Positions 56,787 to 64,000 of a stretch of 64,000 bases of DNA are shown here, piece by piece. The notes below the pieces were generated by a model. That model did no database searches. It saw nothing but the letters and a program-made list of their open reading frames with translations, and was not told the DNA's origin. The translations under genes and the position numbers were made by a program. This DNA is from Tubiluchus corallicola (taxonomy: Eukaryota > Animalia > Priapulida), in NCBI GenBank assembly GCA_030141605.1, contig JAQGDQ010000760.1, forward strand, positions 36,838 to 100,837, given 5' to 3'. Every line of letters starts with the position of its first letter. Within the stretch, counting starts at the first letter, position 1.

Positions 56787-58301
56787 ATGTCGGCGATAAA
56801 TTCCGTGGCCAGTTTAGCCTTTACTGACGTCAGGGTGTGTTTCGTGTTAATAGCAACTATCTGCTTTGTTTACTACCAAAGACAAAGGAAGAAGCTTGCG
56901 CCTGGATTGTTCAGTTTCCCACTGGTTGGTAATTTACCACAAATCTACTATCGTACATTCAAAACTCCGGTGTACAAATATTGCCAGGAACTTTCTAAAC
57001 AACTCGGTCCCGTTATTTCGTTAGATTTCGGTGTTCAAACTACAGTGGTAATCAACCGGGTAGATGAAGCTTTAGAAGCTTTTGTTAAAAAACAAAATGA
57101 GTTTGCTGGACGGCCAAAGTCGTGGACGATAGAGAAATTTTCAGAAGGCTATAAAGACATCTTTGCTGGCATGTTTACGTCGACTTGGCGCGTTCAAAGG
57201 AAACTTGGTCATAGTGCGTTTAGACACTTTGCTTCTAGAGATGTACTAATTCAAAGAATTCACAGTAGCTTTAATAACATTGCAGCTGTCATAGATAATC
57301 TTGAAGAAAAGAAGTTTAATCCAAGAGAATACATATACAACACCATGTACAACATTATCCACGATATGACATTTGGAAAATGCTTTGATTTTTCTGATGA
57401 ACAATTTAAAAAACTCCGAAAGACAACAGACCGTTTGAATGAAATTGTAGTATCCGGATTTACTCCAGATTATATACCCTTTTTCAGATACTTACCTATG
57501 ACATCAGCACAAAAAGAATTTCTAGATCTAATGAAGTACATACTTGAATATGTATATGGTCAGTATCATGAGCATGTAAAAATGATTAACAAAGATGACC
57601 CTAGAGATATTTGTGATGACTTAATTTTAGCCAGAGAAGGGGCATCCAAAGAAGAAGTAGCAGAACTGACTGACACACATATTGCCCAAACCTGTTTGGA
57701 TGTGTTTAGCGCTGGAACTGATACCACTTCGATGACCTTACTATGGGCATTTCTTTACATGGCTGCTTATCCAGATGTACAGCAAAAAGTGCAAGAAGAA
57801 CTGGACGATGTTGTAGGTCATAGCAGACTTCCTAACTACGATAAAGACAAACCACGTCTGTCTTACTGCGACGCTGTAATGCACGAAGTTATGCGAATTA
57901 AACCTTTAGTGCCACTCATTTTTCCACACGTAACCACGGCTGACACCTCTGTGGGAGGTTTTGCTCTTCCCAAAGATACCTTGGTAATGGTGAATTTATA
58001 CAGCCTACATCACGATCCAGCAAACTGGGACGAACCAGAGAAATTCAAACCGGAGAGGTTCTTGGATGATGACGGGAAAATCAGTGCGAAAATTCCAAGT
58101 TTCATGCCATTCTCTGCAGGGCGTCGCGTTTGCCTAGGTGAAAGCATTGCCAAGATAAACCTTTTTGTTGTTTTTGCTTGTTTCCTACAGAGGTATAGTT
58201 TGTCGATTCCACCTGGCGAAATGGCAAATTTTGAGGAGAAACAACAACCTCTGTTAATAGAAACTAGACCCTATAATATCATGATGAAGAAACGCTTGTA
58301 A
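56787..58301 (+). CDS. Cytochrome P450, CYP2 clan, intronless CDS, copy B
   Basis: 504-aa ORF, colinear without gaps with copy A; AGTDTT, EVMR, PERF and FSAGRRVCLGE motifs. Confidence 0.96.
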   Translation: MSAINSVASLAFTDVRVCFVLIATICFVYYQRQRKKLAPGLFSFPLVGNLPQIYYRTFKTPVYKYCQELSKQLGPVISLDFGVQTTVVINRVDEALEAFVKKQNEFAGRPKSWTIEKFSEGYKDIFAGMFTSTWRVQRKLGHSAFRHFASRDVLIQRIHSSFNNIAAVIDNLEEKKFNPREYIYNTMYNIIHDMTFGKCFDFSDEQFKKLRKTTDRLNEIVVSGFTPDYIPFFRYLPMTSAQKEFLDLMKYILEYVYGQYHEHVKMINKDDPRDICDDLILAREGASKEEVAELTDTHIAQTCLDVFSAGTDTTSMTLLWAFLYMAAYPDVQQKVQEELDDVVGHSRLPNYDKDKPRLSYCDAVMHEVMRIKPLVPLIFPHVTTADTSVGGFALPKDTLVMVNLYSLHHDPANWDEPEKFKPERFLDDDGKISAKIPSFMPFSAGRRVCLGESIAKINLFVVFACFLQRYSLSIPPGEMANFEEKQQPLLIETRPYNIMMKKRL

Positions 58302-59539
58302 TCCCTAGATTAATGCAGAAATGTAAAGTTGATCCCACTGGAGTGTGATTGTGGCAACTCTTTATAATACGTTCACTTTAATTCTTTCCAGTAGTATTGT
58401 AAATTTAATGATCTATATTAAGGTACTTGATGTCTTTACCATGTGCTGGTCATCATGCAAATATTTGCCCACGGTATCGAATTGTGCACATTGCAAAATG
58501 CATACGTTATTGGTACGTTATTTTTATGGTATACTAATTAACTCATTATTGTTGTAAGTATCAACAGTGAATGTGTATAATTGCGCTTTTCGAAAAATTA
58601 ATAAGAGCCCAACAAATTTTATTTAATAACTAGAAACTGTCAAATTGTTATATTACGTAAAACTTAAAGTTTAAAAACTAAAGTTTTTTTCTATTCAGCA
58701 ATGTTTGTAAATGATAAGTGATACAACACGCTTTTTCTTGGCAAAATGAGTTATAACTGAAGCTAAATCCCGTTAGTAATGTATAAATAACTTTTCTTAT
58801 ACTATAAATAAGAAATGAATTCCAGTTCTTGAAGTATTAAACAAATAGAGAGTAGTGACTGAACACCACTCCACTAAAAAACTATTACATGTTTATCGTA
58901 ATCTATTGTGACTTGATAGTAATAATTCTTTCTTCCCTTTACTACTCTTATAGATTTTGAAATGCTGTTAGTTGTAGGTCGGTTATCAAACAAAGGTGCA
59001 CGTATGTAAACTTGTTCTATTGATGCGTGAAAATAATGAAATAAAATTTCAATAATTGGTAACTGAAAACGCCAGTCTGTCCATAGGGCTTAAAACAGGC
59101 AAGTCCTTCTGTCCTAATGGCTGCATGTATTTCATTTTTCTTCTTTCACAAAATGTGACGTAATATCGTAGGCTGTAAATCTTCTTTTCTGACAAAAATA
59201 ATATACACGCTTAAACCAAGTACTTATAGCATGTACATATTAAGTAATTTTTTATTTAGTTATAAATGAGTTATTAATTAGTTTACTTTAGTAGATTACG
59301 AATTTGGAATTTATTCATAATTCGTAACTGAAATCTGTACAGTTAAGTTAAAAACGTTAGATAATTCTTTTTTATAGTGAAGTATGTTGTAGCGCTAATC
59401 AAGCCTTGGCCCTCAGTTTTAAATAGGTAACACTGAACTAGCCTACTATGAGCACATTTCAACATTATAACCACAGCTATTAAGATGATTATTACTGCTG
59501 GTATAAATAATTGAGACATGTAGGTTTTTGATGTCGTAG

Positions 59540-59780
59540 TTCTGCTAGTGTTGCTGCGGACGTTGTCGTCGTCGTTATCATCGTCGTTGTCATTGTCGTT
59601 GTCATTCGTGGTGGTGGTATTGTCTCTGTCGCTGCTATGATAATAATTTTTTATTTTAAGTCTTATTTTAAGTTACTGTTGCTGTGGCAGTGACAATGGT
59701 GGTTGTCGCAGTCATCATGATTGTCATTGTTGCTTTTATCGTCATTGCCGCCAGTTGCAGTTTTGTTATTGTCAATGTTT
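59540..59780 (+). repeat. Degenerate trinucleotide low-complexity tract (GTC/GTT/GGT)
   Basis: gtcgtcgtcgttatcatcgtcgttgtcattgtc... read directly. Confidence 0.75.
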
Positions 59781-60285
59781 AGTTGTAAGCTATATTCCTA
59801 ACCATAATGTTTTTTATGAGCTCCATAAATTTCGTGCAGCTACAGTCTTATCTTTGTCGACCTTCGCCAGTCGCTTGTCTACCTTCGTTCGTCGCCCAAG
59901 AGTGTTAAATTAACCAATTGCTGGTCGAGAGTTGGACCGACCAGACTTTATTCAATGAGTGTCTCTACTGTGACAGAGTTAACCTTTTTGGTCCATTTTT
60001 CTTAGTTGACTATGTTTAACCACAAAGTTGCTCAAAGTTGATTGTGTTTAACCACAAAGTTGCTCAAAGTGCTAAAACGAATTGCACCGTGAATAGGCGT
60101 ATAGTAATATTAATACACTTTGTTTTACTTATTGTTTTAATAACATTCAATACGAACAGAGAGAAAAAGAAACGCAAAAGTTGGGTTCCTTCCATATCCG
60201 ACGACCTACGTTGTTAGAATTTATTGGGTAATAAATTGCCTGGAATTTGCTCGGTATAATGGAGAGTCACTCTAGTAGGCCTGTG

Positions 60286-61196
60286 ATCAAAAAATAATCT
60301 AGAAAAAGACATAACAAATATAAATGCAGCATTTAACTATTTTGGTTTAAAAATGAATGATGATAAGACAGAATTTATCGTAATATCACCCAAATCAAAT
60401 GACATTACTTCTTCTAATGCAACACTAAAAGTAGGTGACTGTTCCATAGAACAAGCAAAAACTGTAAAATTTTTAGGCATTACAGTCGACAATAAACTCA
60501 CTTGGGATGAACAGTTTCATCAAATAGACAACAAGATGGCATTAAGCACGACATTCTTACGCCAAACCATAGGCCATCTAACCAAGAAAACAAAAATTCT
60601 CATCTACAAAAGTCTAATATTACCACATTATCTATATGGTTGCACTTTACTTCAAAACGTTAAATATGAAAACTTTAGAAAACTAAATACAATGCAAAAC
60701 TACGCACTTAGATTAATTCATGGCTACTCTAACAAAACTGCTAAACAACATGCTGCTTTTGCAACAAGCTTAAGAACGTCTACAAAAATACCAATATTAG
60801 AAGCCTATCGAGATTACAAAACACTGATATTTCTTTATAAATATATAAATAAACTGAGCATTCCATTTATAAACAATCCCTTGGCATTTATTCCTGATAC
60901 CACTTTAAACACTAGAACATACAATTTAAAGCAAATTACAGAAAACAATAACTTTGGAAATAACTCTATATCAAAACAGGCCATACATTTATGGAACTTA
61001 CTACCCAGTGAAATAAAACAAATAGAATCTCTCCACCACTTTAAAAAGAAATTAAAAGAATATCAATATAACAGGTTTCAACTTCCACATTGTGCATCTG
61101 ATACTAATTACACAGACTCCACTTTCATCTACCCCCGCCCCTGACTCCATATAACGATTAAAAATGAATTTTTTAAAAAAAAATTATGTAATGTAA
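60286..61196 (+). mobile_element. 5'-truncated LINE (CR1/L2-group) ORF2 C-terminus, still open (60353-61144)
   Basis: LEKDI...GLKMNDDKTEFIV, VKFLGITVDNKLTW, LIYKSLILPHYLYGC, QNYALRLI and AIHLWNLLPSEIK...FKKKLK are the post-RT region of LINE ORF2. Lacks YADD and the endonuclease. Related to the copy at 686-2108. Confidence 0.88.
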
Positions 61197-61202
61197 TACG
61201 TG

Positions 61203-61750
61203 AGTAGTATAGATGTTACACCTCTGGCCGATTTCCCCCCTCCTTTGGCTGCCCGGGGGGGGTGGGGAAAAACACCCCTAAAAAGTGCGAAAATCCGCGA
61301 AAACCCCTAAAAAAGTGTGAAAACCCGTGTGAAAGTGCACACGTGACCGAAATCGACGAAAAAGCGCGAAAAACAAAGAAAAACGAAGAAAAGGCGTGTG
61401 AAACGAGGTAAAAATCGCCTCAAACGAAGAAAAAGGGAGAAGTGGAGTTCCCGCCGAGGACTAATTAGTGCTAATTGGCGCTAATTGGGGAGCCCCTGCC
61501 ACCCCTCCGCCGCTTGCAAACGTCCGTCCCGGGGTCGGGGACCCCCCCCCCCCCCTGCAACCCACCCCTCCGTCGCGTGGAATCGTCCACTGCAGGCAAT
61601 GAGGGAAATCTTTTTCCCGCCACTCGCGCAGTGCCGGCCCTTTTCCGCGACCACTTCTCTCTCTCTCGGGTGCCCTCCCTTTTCCGCGAGCACTTCTCTC
61701 GCAGGTTTAGATGTGTGTGCGTGTGGAGATTTATTTCAAACGCCAAAGTT
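61203..61750. repeat. Putative left terminal inverted repeat region of the Polinton
   Basis: AGTAGT end, G/C homopolymer runs and short direct subrepeats. The partner repeat is not in the window, so the inner boundary is a guess. Confidence 0.6.
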
Positions 61751-61918
61751 CGATAAATGCATTTTCACAAATCTTTTTTATTGATGGATTACAAAAAAAT
61801 TTTTTATGCAAAATACATATGTGCTAAAACTAGATTATTATTATTATTATGGTGACATGATAGTTCTACATTTTACGTTTTTTCGCAAATTACACAAATT
61901 ATGCAAATTACAGTAAAA

Positions 61919-62521
61919 CTACACTAATGACGACGAGCGAGTACATGGATTGTCGTCGTCGATGTGATACAGACAAACGTTATTGTTGTTAAAAACGAAT
62001 TCGTTAAATTTGCGGAAAACGCGAGAGAAATCCTCGACCTTTGTCCCGCCCATCATTATTATGCTTCCGGTGTGAAAAATGTTCAGAGTAATTTGCTCGC
62101 ATTTGCAAGTTAGTTTGGGAAATAGTTCCACTTCGTAAAACACTTCTCTAAAAGAATGCGTCGAAGGACGAACGAGTTCTTCGTACAGTGCACCCAGCTT
62201 CAATCTGCAGCGAATTTTGGCTCTGGCGGTGATGGTGCGAATTGCGATCCCGTCGGCGGGCGTCAGTCCGAGACCTTTCGAGAGTTCTTCGATCGCATTG
62301 CGTAGTACTTTTTCCTCCGAAAAACCGTTGGCCACCACGGAGCCGGAGGCAAAAATCATCAGCGTCCCGCCCAGTCGCTTTAGCAGAAGCATTTGTGGTT
62401 TCCTTTCGTAGCGTCTTCCGCCCGTTCTCCGTCGGAGTTCGTTCAGATCGAAGCGCTGCGAGAACGAAGCCGTGGCGACGATGTTGACCGTTTGGACTGA
62501 CACGGTTCTGGCTCTCAACAT
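61919..62521 (-). CDS. Divergent TATA-box-binding protein (TBP)-fold protein encoded by the Polinton, ~200 aa (frame open to 62905)
   Basis: Two TBP repeats: VNIVATASF...FDLNEL...Y...LMIFASGSVVANG and IRTITARA...LKLGAL...YEVELFPKL...LNIFHTGSIIMMGGTK. Minus-strand AATAAA at 61777-61782. The start is uncertain (ATG at 62521, 62668 or 62686). Confidence 0.85.
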   Translation of the reverse strand: MLRARTVSVQTVNIVATASFSQRFDLNELRRRTGGRRYERKPQMLLLKRLGGTLMIFASGSVVANGFSEEKVLRNAIEELSKGLGLTPADGIAIRTITARAKIRCRLKLGALYEELVRPSTHSFREVFYEVELFPKLTCKCEQITLNIFHTGSIIMMGGTKVEDFSRVFRKFNEFVFNNNNVCLYHIDDDNPCTRSSSLV

Positions 62522-62762
62522 ACTACGCGGTAATGTGAAGTTGAAAACCAAACAGATAAAGGTATTGAGGGGACATCGCAATGTGCTGAGAAAATTGGCA
62601 CGCGCCGGTTCCACGTTGAAGGCCAGAAGACGTGCGCTAGTGCAAAAAGGTGGTATATTTCCAATCATACCCCTCTTGGCGGGCATATTTGGCGCCACTT
62701 CGGCTGCTGCTAGCGTAGCCAGAACGGTGAAGACATTCCGCGATAAGAAGAAAAAGAAATAA
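62481..62762 (+). CDS. Small basic Polinton core protein resembling adenovirus protein X (mu precursor)
   Basis: ALNILRGNVKL...LRKLA...RRRALVQKGG|IFPIIPLLAGIFGATSAAASVA: a basic region, a GG site, then a hydrophobic tail similar to adenovirus pX (GGILPLLIPLIAAAIGA...ASVA). Confidence 0.75.
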   Translation: MLTVWTDTVLALNILRGNVKLKTKQIKVLRGHRNVLRKLARAGSTLKARRRALVQKGGIFPIIPLLAGIFGATSAAASVARTVKTFRDKKKKK

Positions 62763-62763
62763 A

Positions 62764-63558
62764 ATGTATTCTCAGATGGTTTTACTACCGCTGGCAGAGT
62801 ATAACAGGTTAAAACATACGCGCCTCGTTCTAGACACGCCCGTCGAGCAGAAAACTGTAGAAATTCAACAGAAAATGGCGGAATTGGCAGCTCGAGGATT
62901 GCCACCCGATGTGGAAAATAAGATGAGAAGCGAATTGATGCAGGAGATCAAAGATTTGAAAAAGCCCTCCTCCACGGGCGAAGATGACGATGGAACCCGA
63001 CTGAAAGACACTCAAATAATCGAGGCATTACCCACCAAGTACAAGAGTAGGGGACAAAAAATGCTCTCCTTTTTGAAGGCCCATCGAACGCGTTGGGACG
63101 AAATGGGGCGTTTCGTGCACGAGGGACGCGCAATGAGTGGCACGCACCTGGTGGACTTGATAAATTTTGCCACAACTAGCGAGAAGATGACTCCCCCTCG
63201 CGGTTGGTCCGACTTTTATCGTCATCTCAAAGAAATAAGTGTGCCCATGACTCTATTGGGTAAAACGGCTAAGACAGAACTCGAGAAGGGTCAACAGCAA
63301 CAACAGCAGCGCGAAAGGTTGGGACTGACGACACCCCCATCCTCTCTAGCGCATCGACGCGTGGTGGCCGATGACGAAGCGAGGACAGCGACACCGACAC
63401 CACCACCACCAGCCCCTCTACCTTCTAATAAACGAACCACGCGAAAACGTGGACCTCAACAACAACAACAACAACAACAACAGCATCCTCGTCGTCGACG
63501 TCGACGACAATCCTCACCCATAGTTAGAGAATGGGCGAGACTGGAGACAGAAGATTAG
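62764..63558 (+). CDS. Conserved Polinton/adintovirus hypothetical protein, 264 aa
   Basis: MVLLP..Y.RL start and IIEALP..YK.RG..ML.FLK...WD..G...G..M.GTHLVDLI...P.GW..F...L....VP..L.G core, recognised from Polinton ORFs that sit next to the integrase. Poly-Q, Pro and Arg low-complexity tail. Confidence 0.7.
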   Translation: MYSQMVLLPLAEYNRLKHTRLVLDTPVEQKTVEIQQKMAELAARGLPPDVENKMRSELMQEIKDLKKPSSTGEDDDGTRLKDTQIIEALPTKYKSRGQKMLSFLKAHRTRWDEMGRFVHEGRAMSGTHLVDLINFATTSEKMTPPRGWSDFYRHLKEISVPMTLLGKTAKTELEKGQQQQQQRERLGLTTPPSSLAHRRVVADDEARTATPTPPPPAPLPSNKRTTRKRGPQQQQQQQQQHPRRRRRRQSSPIVREWARLETED

Positions 63559-64000
63559 CCGAAATCTACTACGATTTGCGTCATCCTGCCGGTTATGCTA
63601 GCGCACGTGCATTGAAACGCGCCTCTGGCGACACGATGCGTCGCGTGCGCGAATGGTTGAGTGCGCAATCCGCCTACACCCTCCACAGGGGTGCCAGACG
63701 TAGTAGATATGACACTCGCCCGACTTTGACGCGCGGTATTGATTATCAATGGCAAGCCGATTTGGTAATTATGGCCGCGCTATCCAAATATAACGATGGC
63801 TACAAATACATGTTAACCGTGGTGGATTGTTTTAGTCGTTATGCCTGGGCGAGAGCTTTGAAGAGTAAAGGTGGACGCGAAACTGCCGAGGCTCTACGCT
63901 CCATATTCGAAGAGGAGGGGCGCGCGCCCCTCAAATTACACACGGACAAGGGTAAAGAATTTCAAAATAGACATGTGCAAAAATTGTTGAAAGACTATGG
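63531..64000 (+). CDS. Polinton retroviral-like (rve/DDE) integrase, 5' part; truncated by the window end and missing from the ORF track
   Basis: MGETGDRRLAEIYYDLRHPAGYAS...VREWLSAQSAYTLHR...IDYQWQADLVIM...KYNDGYKYMLTVVDCFSRYAWARALKSK...PLKLHTDKGKEFQN. The first two catalytic Asp are present; no stop before 64000. Confidence 0.93.
   Translation, partial: MGETGDRRLAEIYYDLRHPAGYASARALKRASGDTMRRVREWLSAQSAYTLHRGARRSRYDTRPTLTRGIDYQWQADLVIMAALSKYNDGYKYMLTVVDCFSRYAWARALKSKGGRETAEALRSIFEEEGRAPLKLHTDKGKEFQNRHVQKLLKDY

Larger units (their letters stand above)
61203..64000 (+). mobile_element. Polinton/Maverick (adintovirus-like) element, left end; continues beyond the window
   Basis: Begins AGTAGT; abrupt shift to GC- and CpG-rich DNA; ~550-bp repeat-rich non-coding terminal region; tightly packed intronless ORFs including a Polinton-type rve integrase and a pX-like core gene. 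Confidence 0.9.

Noticed and set aside
60353-61144. 263-aa ORF as a host or Polinton gene
   Set aside because: It is the C-terminal part of LINE ORF2, AT-rich, and lies outside the AGTAGT terminus.
61471-61784. Four overlapping 70-99 aa ORFs in the Polinton terminal region
   Set aside because: GC-rich, stop-poor repeat DNA with non-ATG or weak starts and no recognisable motifs.
62830-63755. Minus-strand ORFs opposite the Polinton hypothetical and integrase genes
   Set aside because: Short antisense shadows without motifs.

Overview
AT-rich, intron-containing animal (probably invertebrate) genomic DNA; the species cannot be determined from the sequence. Host genes, rebuilt by hand from splice sites: the last four exons of a group-II PAK kinase (+, 34-3047), TMEM179 (-, 7679-12389), TMX1 (+, 14957-21936), and a four-gene block in which two intronless 504-aa CYP2-clan P450 paralogues (24647-26161 -, 56787-58301 +) point outward around two tandem 10-exon SLC17 (sialin/NPT-like) transporters (29508-40319 +, 46250-55929 +). 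Introns and spacers carry LINE, RTE and Gypsy remnants, several hAT and Tc1/pogo MITEs with target-site duplications (TSDs), a Penelope-like insertion with hammerhead-ribozyme motifs, a 5S-derived fragment and mini/microsatellites. From 61203 to the window end lies the left part of an apparently intact Polinton/Maverick (adintovirus-like) element: AGTAGT terminus, an adenovirus-pX-like core gene, a conserved Polinton ORF and an rve integrase. The most notable feature is a divergent, intronless TATA-binding-protein (TBP)-fold gene inside this element, overlapping the pX-like gene head-to-head. Most short ORFs in the supplied track are exon fragments, antisense shadows or repeat artefacts.
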